From positions 1 through 64,000 of the forward strand of contig CAWHAA010000002.1 of the NCBI GenBank assembly GCA_963827275.1: DNA of 64,000 nucleotides, written 5' to 3'. The number at the start of each line of letters is the position of its first letter. Position 1 is the stretch's first letter. Source of the DNA: an uncultured Spirochaetota bacterium (lineage in GTDB: Bacteria; Spirochaetota; UBA4802; UBA5550). The translations under genes and the position numbers were made by a program. The notes below the pieces were generated by a model that did no database searches, was not told where the DNA came from, and saw only the letters and a program-made list of their open reading frames with translations. This document shows positions 28,689-38,524 of this stretch, piece by piece.

Positions 28689-29024
28689 CTAGTATATCCC
28701 CGGGAACGAATTGACCATCATTATTTTGATGTCCGGGAACGAAGAGACATACTGTATCTTGAAATCAGGGAAGGAGCTCACGAACTGCCACTTCCCGCAC
28801 CTGTCTGGAAACGAAGTGACCACCTGCACGTTCAGATCGGGAAAGCTTGTGACAACCTGGACCTTGATGTCGGGGAAGCGATCCACGACCTTCACCCTGC
28901 CGTACAGCCTGATCCCGCGGAAGGTGCACCCCCCCTTGCCGACAGCACCGGTGCCGGGAGTACCGTCCGCGAGTATACCGGCGACCAGGCACAGAGCCAT
29001 CACTGCGATGATAATTTTTTTCAT
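28689..29024 (-). CDS. Small secreted repeat protein, probably DUF6150 / 7(1) septoil-knot family
   Basis: Signal peptide, then six ~11-aa units (VDRFPDIKVQV, VTSFPDLNVQV, VTSFPDRCGKWQF, VSSFPDFKIQY, VSSFPDIKIMM, VNSFPG). Confidence 0.65.
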   Translation of the reverse strand: MKKIIIAVMALCLVAGILADGTPGTGAVGKGGCTFRGIRLYGRVKVVDRFPDIKVQVVTSFPDLNVQVVTSFPDRCGKWQFVSSFPDFKIQYVSSFPDIKIMMVNSFPGIY

Positions 29025-29081
29025 ATCACGATCCTGTCCCGGATTGCCGCACGGAGGGCCTCTGCCAGGCGAGTGTCTTCC

Positions 29082-30806
29082 TCATTTGACATTCCGCCAG
29101 CCTGTGCCGGTGCGGTCCAGGCCAAGCTGTCCCCCGGGATTCATGATGTTTTTCGGGTCAAAATGCCGCTTGAGCGCCTGGAGCACCTCCATCTGCTCTT
29201 TACCCAGGTGCTGTTCCATCCAGGGCGCGATCATCTTGCCGACGCCGTGATGGTGGCTCAGTGAGCCGCCGCTCGCGTCGATGGCGTCGATGATGCCTTC
29301 CTGGAACGCGATATATTCTTTCACGTTTTTCATCTTCGCGATAAAGATAAAATAGAGGTTCGTCCCCTGGGGATAAAAATGCGATGCGTGCGTCATGCAC
29401 ACCGTGTCCGGTCTGGCCTTGACGAATTCACGGACGCCGCGGTGGACCGCCATGAGCTGGTCCCACATCACGCCGGTCTCCAGGGTGTCGATGATGATGC
29501 CGAAATCCTGGAGGTCCTCCCGCATATAGGGGTCGGTATACCGTCCGTGCTCCCATTGCGACACGGGGTAGCCGGTTATATACATGCCGCCGAACCTCCG
29601 GCAGATCTTCTTTACCTGTTTCTTGACGTTGCCGGTAAACTTTCTCTCCCCCTCGGCGGTCCCGATGAAGAGGCACCGCTCCATCTGCCTGTACCCGCGG
29701 AGCCGCATGAAGGTGTCGATCACGGTCCCCTCGATGCCGTAGAGCTTCAGCGCCACGTCGGTCTCTTCCGGGTCGGATATCCGGAAAACGGCCGGCATGC
29801 CGAATTCGCCCTGCGCGATCTCCCTGCACGCCGCGATGGCGTTCTCCCAGGAGGGGAAGATGCACGCAAAGCGCCGCTGGTTTTCCGGCGCGTACCGGTA
29901 TATTTTCATCGTCAGTTCGGTGAGGATGCCGAACGTTCCCTCGCTGCCCTTCATGATGTCGTTTATCTTCGGGCCGGTGGCTGTTGCCGGATAGTCTTTC
30001 GTTTTCAGGACCCCCCGCGGCGTCACGTATTCCTGGCTGATCACCAGGTTGTACGCGTCCCCGTAGTAGGACGACGCCTGGCCGGAGCCGAGTGTCACGA
30101 CCCACCCGCCCACGGAGGAATATTCGAATGACTGGGGGAAATGCCCGCAGGTGTAACGCCGCTGTGCGCCGAGCTTTTCCGGCGCGTTATTGAGCATGTC
30201 TTCGTACGCGGGGCCCATCATGCCCGCCTGGACCCTGACGGTCTGGTTCGTCTCATTGAGCTCGATAATTTTGTTCATGTGCGTGTTGAGGACAAGGGAG
30301 ATGCCCCCCCGGGACGGCCGCAGCCCGAAGTTGACGGACGAACCCCCGCCATACGCGTAGACGGGGATCCTGTGCCTGTCGCAATACGCCACGATCCTGC
30401 GTACCTCATCCTTGTTCCGGGGATGGACCACCACATCGGCCGTGCGGTCGGCGATGCCGCTCCGGAGCAGCGTGGCTTCCTCGACCGTCTTCCCGCAGGC
30501 GTACTTAACGCGGGAATAATCGTCAGTGCTCACATTACCGTCCCCCACGATCCGGGCGAGGGCACTGATATGGGTTTTGGAGAGGCGGACCGCACGCCCG
30601 CACTTCACCGTCTCGTTCCCCTCCTTCTGCTTCGCGGAAAAATACCGGTCATCGAGGCCGAAGGTCTGCTTCATCAACCGGTAGAGCCGCTTGTTCGGGT
30701 GCTTAAAACCGTCCGGCGCGCCCCATTTGAAGATTGAACGATATGATTTCGGCTGCGGGGCTGCTTCAGTCCAGTCAGGGACAAATGGTGTTTCTTTCCT
30801 GTTCAT
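29082..30806 (-). CDS. FAD-binding oxidoreductase, alkyl-dihydroxyacetonephosphate synthase-like
   Basis: YGGGSSV; GHFPQSFEYSSVGGW; GSEGTFG; SLSHHHGVGK; FDPKNIMNPG. Confidence 0.8.
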   Translation of the reverse strand: MNRKETPFVPDWTEAAPQPKSYRSIFKWGAPDGFKHPNKRLYRLMKQTFGLDDRYFSAKQKEGNETVKCGRAVRLSKTHISALARIVGDGNVSTDDYSRVKYACGKTVEEATLLRSGIADRTADVVVHPRNKDEVRRIVAYCDRHRIPVYAYGGGSSVNFGLRPSRGGISLVLNTHMNKIIELNETNQTVRVQAGMMGPAYEDMLNNAPEKLGAQRRYTCGHFPQSFEYSSVGGWVVTLGSGQASSYYGDAYNLVISQEYVTPRGVLKTKDYPATATGPKINDIMKGSEGTFGILTELTMKIYRYAPENQRRFACIFPSWENAIAACREIAQGEFGMPAVFRISDPEETDVALKLYGIEGTVIDTFMRLRGYRQMERCLFIGTAEGERKFTGNVKKQVKKICRRFGGMYITGYPVSQWEHGRYTDPYMREDLQDFGIIIDTLETGVMWDQLMAVHRGVREFVKARPDTVCMTHASHFYPQGTNLYFIFIAKMKNVKEYIAFQEGIIDAIDASGGSLSHHHGVGKMIAPWMEQHLGKEQMEVLQALKRHFDPKNIMNPGGQLGLDRTGTGWRNVK

Positions 30807-30816
30807 TGTTGCGTTC

Positions 30817-32502
30817 TCACTGTCTTTTTTTCTTTTTTCCCGGCGCGGGATTCCCGCGCTCCTCATCTTCCGCGGGGATCACGAAGGCGCCCCGGGCCTG
30901 CGCCAGCTCTTCCTTCACGCGGGCGCTGCCCCAGCGCAGTTCCTTTGCCATTACCTCCGCCACCCGGCGCAGGAGCGCATCCCCCGGATTGCCGAGCGTG
31001 CCGATGCCCGTTCTCCGGAACAGCGCGTCCTTTAATGACCGCGCGCATTCGTACCGCGCCGCGTACGCCACCTGCGCGAGGATCTCCCCGTCGTCGTTCA
31101 CCGGCTTCGCCAGCGTCCTGTTCTCCCGTGCGATCGCAAGCACCCGCTCGTATTCGGTGCCGTAGATCCTCCCGAGGCACTCGACCGTCTTCGGATCGAA
31201 ATCCCCGTTCTCCTTCACAATCCGCCCGATGAATCCCGGCATGTCAGGGATATCACAGCCGGCCAGGTACTCGTCCCTGGTGATTGACCGCTTCAACCGC
31301 CTCCCGAGCTTCTTCTGGACGAGGTCAAGCACATGTTCCGCGAGGTTCCTGCTCGTGGTATACTTCCCCCCTTCGACGGTGATGAGCCCGTCAAGCCCGT
31401 CAGCCTTGTTGTCGTAGATTTCATACTTGCGCGACGATTCATACACGTCTTCGGTCTGGTCTTCCACGAGGGGGCGGAGACCGCCCCATGTGTGCAGGAT
31501 GTCGTTGAAGGTGAGCGGTGCGAACCCGTAGGAGTCATTCACTTCATCAAGCAGCTCCCGTATGCTCTTCCCTGTCACGCGGTACTCATCCGGCTTCCCG
31601 ATATACTCCTTGTCAGTGGTCCCGATGATGGAGTGCCCCCGCCACGGGATGATGAAGATGTGCCGCCCCTTCGCGGTTATCGTGCTCACGACATGGTCGT
31701 TGACCAGCTTTCTCGTGATGATGTGTATGCCTTCCGATCGCCGCAGCTGCTCGCCGCCCACCTCCCTCTTCGCAAGCCCCAGGATGATGTCGGCCCAGGG
31801 ACCGCCGCAATTGACCGTCAGCGAACCGCGCAGATCGATCGTTTTTTTTGTGATGGCATCATACACCTTCACGCCGGTGACGCGCCGGTCGCTCGAAAAA
31901 AGAAACTCCTTCACCGCGGCATAATTCGCCACCCGGGCCCCGTACCGTACCGCAGATTTGATGAACGCGAGCGTGAGCCGCTCCGGGCAGATGCTGATGC
32001 AATCCGAATAGACCGAGGCGCCGGTGAGGCCCTCCTTCTTGACGCTGGGCTCCAGCTCGAGGACCCTCTCGCGGGAGAGGGTTTTATGCAGCGGGATCCG
32101 CTTGCTCCTGTCCCAGGTCAATCCCTTGTCATACGACAGAATGTCATAGATGATCATCCCCGCCTTGATGACCCATTTCCTGTTCGTAAGCTTCATCCTG
32201 TTGGTTGTGACCATGTTGGGGATCGGATAGACAAAATTGGGCGCGATATTTTCCATCGTCTTTCGTTCCCGCAGCGATTCCCGGACAAGCCGGAGCTCCA
32301 TGGTGGCTAGGTACCGCAAACCTCCGTGTATGAGCTTCGACGTTGCCGCCGAAGTGGCCCAGCCAAAATCGCCCTTTTCCACCAGGGCGACAGAAAGCCC
32401 CCGTGCCGCGGCATCATAGGCAACCGCCGCTCCTGTAATCCCGCCGCCGATCACGATGAGATCGAACTGCTGATCCCCGTATTCTTCGGTAAAACGTTTC
32501 AA
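30817..32502 (-). CDS. glpD: FAD-dependent glycerol-3-phosphate dehydrogenase/oxidase
   Basis: IGGGITG; TSAATSKLIHGGLRYL; GTTD; GLRPL; GGKYTTSR; TTG start with GGGAGG RBS. Confidence 0.88.
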   Translation of the reverse strand: MKRFTEEYGDQQFDLIVIGGGITGAAVAYDAAARGLSVALVEKGDFGWATSAATSKLIHGGLRYLATMELRLVRESLRERKTMENIAPNFVYPIPNMVTTNRMKLTNRKWVIKAGMIIYDILSYDKGLTWDRSKRIPLHKTLSRERVLELEPSVKKEGLTGASVYSDCISICPERLTLAFIKSAVRYGARVANYAAVKEFLFSSDRRVTGVKVYDAITKKTIDLRGSLTVNCGGPWADIILGLAKREVGGEQLRRSEGIHIITRKLVNDHVVSTITAKGRHIFIIPWRGHSIIGTTDKEYIGKPDEYRVTGKSIRELLDEVNDSYGFAPLTFNDILHTWGGLRPLVEDQTEDVYESSRKYEIYDNKADGLDGLITVEGGKYTTSRNLAEHVLDLVQKKLGRRLKRSITRDEYLAGCDIPDMPGFIGRIVKENGDFDPKTVECLGRIYGTEYERVLAIARENRTLAKPVNDDGEILAQVAYAARYECARSLKDALFRRTGIGTLGNPGDALLRRVAEVMAKELRWGSARVKEELAQARGAFVIPAEDEERGNPAPGKKKKRQ

Positions 32503-32930
32503 CGCGTACCTCCCAACAATTATGTGGAGAATAACTATTCCAGGTGAAAAAAGCAACACAACAAAATGGAAAAGAATTTAAATGGAAAATATGTTATGAT
32601 ATAAAATGATAGCCTCTATTGAAAAATCTGTTTTTTAATTTTCTATAAGATGAAAAAATGAAGAAAAATTCTTGTTTTTTTTTGCTTTAGTAATCTCTTT
32701 AGTTTAAATTGTTATCACATTCATTCACTGTTTTATAAAAAAAATAAGCACTACCATGAATAAGGCTTGGTCATTTTCAGGTAGTAAAATGTTAAGTTCT
32801 GATGAATCAGGAATTAACGAGACTTAAATTTAAGAATTCATTATATTTTAACCAATATATAGCCCATACGGGCGGATTTTTTAGGATTCATATCCCTATA
32901 CAATTATACAAATATTAAGGAGGAGGTAGA

Positions 32931-33002
32931 ATGAAACAGACAATAGTGGTGTTAGGTATGGTCATCACTGCAATCGCATTAATTACCTTACTTCCGTTTT
33001 AA
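32931..33002 (+). CDS. Small hydrophobic peptide, 23 aa (MKQTIVVLGMVITAIALITLLPF)
   Basis: Very strong RBS TAAGGAGGAGGT directly upstream; single TM-like helix; too short for the ORF track. Confidence 0.55.
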   Translation: MKQTIVVLGMVITAIALITLLPF

Positions 33003-33141
33003 AGTATCAAAATGAAATATTGTTCATTATGCAATTGCACAAAAAAAAGAGTGATTGAACAGCGATTCTTTTTCCTTAATATGGAAAACCCAGTGTGAGG
33101 GATTCTATCATATCCCGGAAGTAGCGCACGCGGGGCTGGTA

Positions 33142-33528
33142 TTATTTCTCATACTGGATTACCTTGCCTTTCACGTGGAGAATCTCCACCATGCCCACTA
33201 TCCATATCTGGCGTTCAATCCATGTCCTGATGTCTATAAGTGAATCCCCTCTCATGCCGCTTATTGCCTCGGTCACCGCGCGATCATAGGCCGCCCGCGG
33301 GGTAACCGGGATGACCCAGAAGAGATTAAAACTGCTACTCGTGCCTTCTGATTCACCCAGGACCCTGTACCGTGAGGATTCCAGCTGCACGGCCTTCTGT
33401 TCGAGCCCGACCACCCTGATTCCCCTGTACAGGCAGCCGGTCAGGAAAATGCCCGCGATCAGCATACTCACCACGCATACCCGGCATCGCCCGGCGCGCC
33501 GTACCGCTATTTCATTCCCTGTATTCAT
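33142..33528 (-). CDS. Small lipoprotein (TRL-like, paralogue of the neighbouring gene)
   Basis: Lipobox FLTGC; LGESEG..FNLFW..AISGMRGDSLIDI..VKGKVI. Confidence 0.65.
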   Translation of the reverse strand: MNTGNEIAVRRAGRCRVCVVSMLIAGIFLTGCLYRGIRVVGLEQKAVQLESSRYRVLGESEGTSSSFNLFWVIPVTPRAAYDRAVTEAISGMRGDSLIDIRTWIERQIWIVGMVEILHVKGKVIQYEK

Positions 33529-33552
33529 ATCCTCTACGTCAACTTCACCCTA

Positions 33553-33948
33553 CTATTTCTTCTGTCCCCTGGCCGGCTTGCCCTCCCTGCCGCCGTCACC
33601 GGTCTCCTTTTCAAAGCTGACCGCCTCTCCTTCCACTATAACCGTATGCGATGCGACAAAAAAGAACCATGATGTCTTTTCATAACAGGTGACGTTTATC
33701 AGGGCGTCTCCCCCTTTTTGTTTGAGCGCATCCTGTATCGCCCGGTCGATGTCCGGCCTGCCGATCATCCAGAGCCCGAACACCGACCAGACCCGGTCGG
33801 ACCCGCTGACCGGCCCGTAATTCGCAGCTGTTTTCTTGTCATGCACGGGGGTTGATGACGAGGTAATGCCGACAGGCGTGGTAATACACGCGGTGAGCAG
33901 CAGGACCGCCGTCATGATACCAGGGAGGATTCGCATGGCTTTCATCAT
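33553..33948 (-). CDS. TRL-like family lipoprotein
   Basis: Lipobox LLTAC; SVFGLW..IDRAIQDA..GGDALINV..VIVEGEAV. Confidence 0.65.
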   Translation of the reverse strand: MMKAMRILPGIMTAVLLLTACITTPVGITSSSTPVHDKKTAANYGPVSGSDRVWSVFGLWMIGRPDIDRAIQDALKQKGGDALINVTCYEKTSWFFFVASHTVIVEGEAVSFEKETGDGGREGKPARGQKK

Positions 33949-33961
33949 CATATCTCCTTTC

Positions 33962-36529
33962 TCAGAATTTCACTTCCACACCGAAATTAGGTATAAACGC
34001 GATCGTATCGCTGAAGGAGCTCCGCGTCGGGTTTTGTTTCATGAAGCCGGGAAGGTTTTTTGATGTGTAGTAGGGCAAACGGTAATCCCACCTTTCCATT
34101 ACAATCGGCCGATTGTTATAAACATTGATTATTTCGATATACCAGCTCACGCTTCCCCAGGAATATGAGGTGGTATTGCTGTACCGCACATCAAGACGGT
34201 GGTACAGGGGGAAATGACGCGAATTGGTGCGCCCGTATACCGGGATGTACCGCGGCATGCCGTATGTTGCGGTGTATTCGGTATCCAGCTGCGAAAACAC
34301 TATCGGCGTGTACGGGGTCGAGGTGTACAGCATGAACTTCCCGGTAATGACGTGTTTCTTCAATGCGTAGCCGAGTATCAGCTTGAAGCTGTGGTTCTGC
34401 TCGAAGCCGTAATTGCGCCACTGGTTTCCCCAGAGATCGCCGATATTATTCAGAAACACATCATCGATGGTGGCCGGAGAGTTCCCGGAGCCGTCGAACA
34501 GGACCCCGTATTTCCCGGGATAATTCGGCAGGCCCGACCTGAACCGAGACCGCGTATAGGTATAACTGACCCAGCCGAATATGCCGTCCTCGTCCTCCTT
34601 CCGGTCCTTTTCGAGCATGATCTCCCCGCCGTATGCCCGTATTCTTCCGGTGCTCATCGTATGCCGGAGAGACCCGTCAGGGCCGATATGCACATACTGC
34701 TGTGCGAGATCATAAAAATCATTCCAGTAGCCTTCTACTTTTATTTTGAAAAGCCCTATCCGCTGTTCAAGCCCTATGACGCGGTGAACGGCCCATTCCG
34801 GCTCAGCGTCTTTCCCTATCTTCGCATATTCGGGAGAGCCGTCAAAGTTATTCGGGTTGATCTGGAAGAAATAGCTGTACTTGCCTCCCGCGACCGAGAT
34901 GATCGTCTGCGTGGGGAATTCATAGCTCATGAGGCACCGGGGGTCCCATGTCGCCCGGTTGGTCCTCCTGAAGTAGTCGCTCCTGAACCCCGGCACCATG
35001 GTAAAGCCGCCATAGGTGAATTTTGATTCTATATATCCGCCAACCGTATGGTTGAGAATTTTTTGATTGAAGAACATCGTGGTGAAGGTGTCATTGGTGA
35101 CATCCATGGTCAGGCCGCGCCCCGAGGTCTGCGGGCGCTGCCCGCTGGCGGCGAACTGATAGATATTGTATTCAATCCCGCCGCGCAGCTCGAGGTGTTT
35201 CTTGACCGGCACTGCCTTGAACTTGTCCAGGAACCCGAACACGTAAGGTCGCGAAGACAGGCGGATATCGCGCAGCGCAAGCGTGACGCCGGGCGCGGGG
35301 AAATTGACCTTCACCGTACTTTCACGGAGCGAAGAATAGAATGTAAATCGGTTTCTGAACCTTTCAGAGGGCTGGTACGTATAATAGAGGCCCTGGCCGT
35401 GCGACATCTGGTCGGTATTCACCTTGAGCCCGGTCAGGAGGGGGTCCGACCCGTCGTTGGCCCACTTGTAATTCGACAGCCGGAAGTAATCCTTGCTCCC
35501 CATGCAGAACAGGGTGAGCGAGTGGGCGCTGTTGAATGAATACTTCGCTTTTACCTGGTAATCCCAGTAGTTGGGCACCACGTTGACACGCTCCCCGGTG
35601 ATAAGGCCCACCAGCGGGAGAATGATAAGATCGATGTAGCTGATCCTGCCGGAGGCGATGATATAGCCGGTAGTTTTCTGGTTCTTTTTCTGATACTCAA
35701 GCGGCGATCCCATTCCCGCGCCGCCGCCGTCATTCTTAACGATGCAGGTCTGGACCAGCGCCGAGGCGGAAAGCAGGGAAAGATCCGTATATCCCCCGAA
35801 TTCCTTTACGTCATCGATGGTATTGATGCTTATGACTGCGGAGGTGGCCGATCCGAATTCAGTGGGAAATGCGGAGGAATACAGGTCGATTTCATCCATC
35901 ATGTTGCTGTTGATCACAGAATGGAGTCCGCCGTAATGGAGAGGACTGTATATCGGGATATCGTCAATGAGATACCTGATGCCGCGGTGATCACCGCCCC
36001 GGATGACAATCGGGCCGAACAGGTCACCGCCGGTCCTGATGACCCCCGGCAGCGCGGCGAGGGCATTCATTGAATCACCGAAGGTGGCGGGGACATCCTT
36101 GATCTTCTTCAGGGACATGGTATGGCGCGAGACCGTTTGCAGATCGCGCTTCCCCATGATGGTGATCCCCGAGGCCTTTGTACTGACCGGCTCAAGCGGG
36201 ATATTCTTGATGGTATCCCCGCTGACCGAGACGGTTGCTTTGTAGATCTTGAGCCCCTCCGATTTCACCGCCAGCGTGTACACGCCCGGCCCGGGGACCA
36301 TGATGCGGTACGATCCGGTCCCGTCGATCAGCGCTTTTTTCTTCAATTCGAGTATCAGCACCATGCCGGAGTCTATTGGTTTCCTGGTCATCGCGTCATA
36401 TACGACACCCCTGATCGCAATCGCGGCGTCTTTTTTCGCATGGAGAGCCCCTGATGAAACGATGATGCAACAGATGAAGATCGCGGCGCTCAGTAACAGG
36501 GTATATGGCGGTTTATTCTTATAGATCAT
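33962..36529 (-). CDS. TonB-dependent outer membrane receptor with carboxypeptidase-regulatory-like N-domain
   Basis: IRGVVYDA; plug LPGV..IRGG..IDDIPIY..H; amphipathic beta strands; C-terminal FGVEVKF. Confidence 0.88.
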   Translation of the reverse strand: MIYKNKPPYTLLLSAAIFICCIIVSSGALHAKKDAAIAIRGVVYDAMTRKPIDSGMVLILELKKKALIDGTGSYRIMVPGPGVYTLAVKSEGLKIYKATVSVSGDTIKNIPLEPVSTKASGITIMGKRDLQTVSRHTMSLKKIKDVPATFGDSMNALAALPGVIRTGGDLFGPIVIRGGDHRGIRYLIDDIPIYSPLHYGGLHSVINSNMMDEIDLYSSAFPTEFGSATSAVISINTIDDVKEFGGYTDLSLLSASALVQTCIVKNDGGGAGMGSPLEYQKKNQKTTGYIIASGRISYIDLIILPLVGLITGERVNVVPNYWDYQVKAKYSFNSAHSLTLFCMGSKDYFRLSNYKWANDGSDPLLTGLKVNTDQMSHGQGLYYTYQPSERFRNRFTFYSSLRESTVKVNFPAPGVTLALRDIRLSSRPYVFGFLDKFKAVPVKKHLELRGGIEYNIYQFAASGQRPQTSGRGLTMDVTNDTFTTMFFNQKILNHTVGGYIESKFTYGGFTMVPGFRSDYFRRTNRATWDPRCLMSYEFPTQTIISVAGGKYSYFFQINPNNFDGSPEYAKIGKDAEPEWAVHRVIGLEQRIGLFKIKVEGYWNDFYDLAQQYVHIGPDGSLRHTMSTGRIRAYGGEIMLEKDRKEDEDGIFGWVSYTYTRSRFRSGLPNYPGKYGVLFDGSGNSPATIDDVFLNNIGDLWGNQWRNYGFEQNHSFKLILGYALKKHVITGKFMLYTSTPYTPIVFSQLDTEYTATYGMPRYIPVYGRTNSRHFPLYHRLDVRYSNTTSYSWGSVSWYIEIINVYNNRPIVMERWDYRLPYYTSKNLPGFMKQNPTRSSFSDTIAFIPNFGVEVKF

Positions 36530-36718
36530 ATCAGTAATACACGGGAATATCGTTTGATACACCGGGCAGATGTTCCTAACCATTGTATCTATCCGGCGCC
36601 GAGTCAACATAAAAATATTATGCCATTGCGGTATTCCATAAAATAAATTATTATTCGTTGACAGCCATTTCATCGCCCTTACATAAGATTCTATCAGCGT
36701 TATCAGCCGGGAGGAACT

Positions 36719-37963
36719 ATGAGATATTTAATCATCGGGTCAGGCGGGAGGGAGCATGCCATCGCATGGCGTCTCATGCAGGACGACAGCGCTGATACGG
36801 TGTTCGTCGCCCCCGGCAACGGCGGCACGGAGGCGCGCTTCCGCGTTAACTGCGCGGTGAATGACTTCGCGGCCATAGAGCGATTCTGCATCGCCAATGC
36901 CATTGACATGGTCATCGTCGGCCCTGAAGCTCCGCTCGTGGCCGGTATCGTCGACTATTTACAGGAGAAAAAGATCCCCGCGTTCGGCCCGACAAAGAAG
37001 GCCGCGATGCTCGAGGGCAGCAAGCTTTTCGCCAAACAGATCATGGAAAAATATGGCGTTCCCACCGCGGGCCACATGGTCTTCGAAGGGAAACAGCCCC
37101 TCCTTGACTATATCAACCGGAATGATACCTATCCTGTCGTCATCAAGCTGGACGGGCTTGCGGCCGGCAAGGGTGTCGGCATTCCGGAAAGCAGGGAGGA
37201 AGCGCTGGCATTCATCCACGCCAGCGTGGCCGACAATTCCCGCGTTTTTGTAGAAGACTTCATCGACGGGGAGGAAGCATCGGTATTATGCGTCTCCGAC
37301 GGCACCCGCATCATACCCTTCGTCGCCGCGCAGGACCACAAGCGCATTCATGACGGCGACCGGGGGCCCAACACGGGCGGCATGGGCGCCTATGCGCCCG
37401 CGCCGGTAATGACAGAGCCTCGTCTCAGGTTCGTCCATGAGAAGATATTGCAGAGGACCGTCGACGGCATGATGCGGGAAGGCATCCCCTTCAAGGGCAT
37501 TCTCTACGCCGGGGTCATCGTAACGGGCGACGATATAAAGGTGCTCGAGTTCAATGTCCGGTTCGGCGACCCGGAGTCCCAGGTCATCATCCCGCTCCTC
37601 AACGGGAAGCTCGGCGACCTGTTCCAGGCCTCGGTCAGCGGCACGCTTGACAGGGTCTCGGTATCATTCAAGGACCTCCATGCCATAACCGTGGTCATGG
37701 CATCCGGCGGATATCCCGGCGCGTATGACAAAGGAAAAGAGATATCCGGGCTTGACCGTGTGAGCAGGGACATCACCGTGTTCCACGCCGGCACGACGGA
37801 AACCGGAGGTAAATACTTTACCAGCGGCGGCAGGGTGCTCAATATCACCGCGCTGGGGACGACCCTCAGAGAAGCCAACCGGACCGTATACCGGGCGATA
37901 AAGACAATCACGTTCGACGGTGCGCAGTATCGCACAGATATCGGCCACCGGGCGCTTGGATAG
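36719..37963 (+). CDS. purD: Phosphoribosylamine-glycine ligase
   Basis: GSGGREHA; APGNGG; GPEAPL; GLAAGKGV; GPNTGGMG; EFNVRFGDPE. Confidence 0.97.
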   Translation: MRYLIIGSGGREHAIAWRLMQDDSADTVFVAPGNGGTEARFRVNCAVNDFAAIERFCIANAIDMVIVGPEAPLVAGIVDYLQEKKIPAFGPTKKAAMLEGSKLFAKQIMEKYGVPTAGHMVFEGKQPLLDYINRNDTYPVVIKLDGLAAGKGVGIPESREEALAFIHASVADNSRVFVEDFIDGEEASVLCVSDGTRIIPFVAAQDHKRIHDGDRGPNTGGMGAYAPAPVMTEPRLRFVHEKILQRTVDGMMREGIPFKGILYAGVIVTGDDIKVLEFNVRFGDPESQVIIPLLNGKLGDLFQASVSGTLDRVSVSFKDLHAITVVMASGGYPGAYDKGKEISGLDRVSRDITVFHAGTTETGGKYFTSGGRVLNITALGTTLREANRTVYRAIKTITFDGAQYRTDIGHRALG

Positions 37964-38014
37964 CCTGCGGCGCAGGCTCCGGCGCATACCAGCTTACAGG
38001 GGAAAGGACCGCAT

Positions 38015-38512
38015 ATGAGAACACTGCTACTGGTCATTGCAATCATGTCGCTGGCAGCGGTGCAATGCCGCGCGGACGGCCAACTGCGTGACGCTGCGGG
38101 CATTGTTATGGATCAGCTCGAAGGCATAACGCATTACGGCATGCCAATTGAAGAGATACGGAAGAAGTACCATAAAGACGATGCGGCGCTTGAGATCGTG
38201 TATTCGAAAACGCTTTCCGACGACAACATGGACGACTACGTGCAGCGTTTTTACGACGAGCTTTTACAGGAGATCCAGAACTGGCTCTACACAAACAGGC
38301 TCCCGGCCCGTGACGTCAGGATCGTCATATCCAACTGCAAATTTTGCAAGGTCGGGTATTGTAAAAGCAAGGGGACCAGGGAAGTGACCCTGACGTCCTA
38401 TATGAATAGCAAGAAGAAAAAGCAGGTCTCTTTCAGCCACGACAAACTCATAGAAAAAAAACCGCATGAGGCCCTGGCGCGAAGCGCCGTGCAGGTCCTC
38501 CTCGAAAAATGA
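38015..38512 (+). CDS. Hypothetical exported protein
   Basis: Signal peptide; RBS AAGGA; CKFCKVGYC cysteine motif. Confidence 0.6.
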   Translation: MRTLLLVIAIMSLAAVQCRADGQLRDAAGIVMDQLEGITHYGMPIEEIRKKYHKDDAALEIVYSKTLSDDNMDDYVQRFYDELLQEIQNWLYTNRLPARDVRIVISNCKFCKVGYCKSKGTREVTLTSYMNSKKKKQVSFSHDKLIEKKPHEALARSAVQVLLEK

Positions 38513-38524
38513 ATTCCCCGGTCA

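Noticed and set aside
28700..28900. Short tandem-like DNA repeats as a CRISPR or VNTR
   Set aside because: They are degenerate, in-frame coding repeats with no unique spacers, and no cas genes are present
32560..32930. AT-rich region as oriC or dif
   Set aside because: No clustered TTATCCACA boxes, no dif consensus and no dnaA neighbourhood
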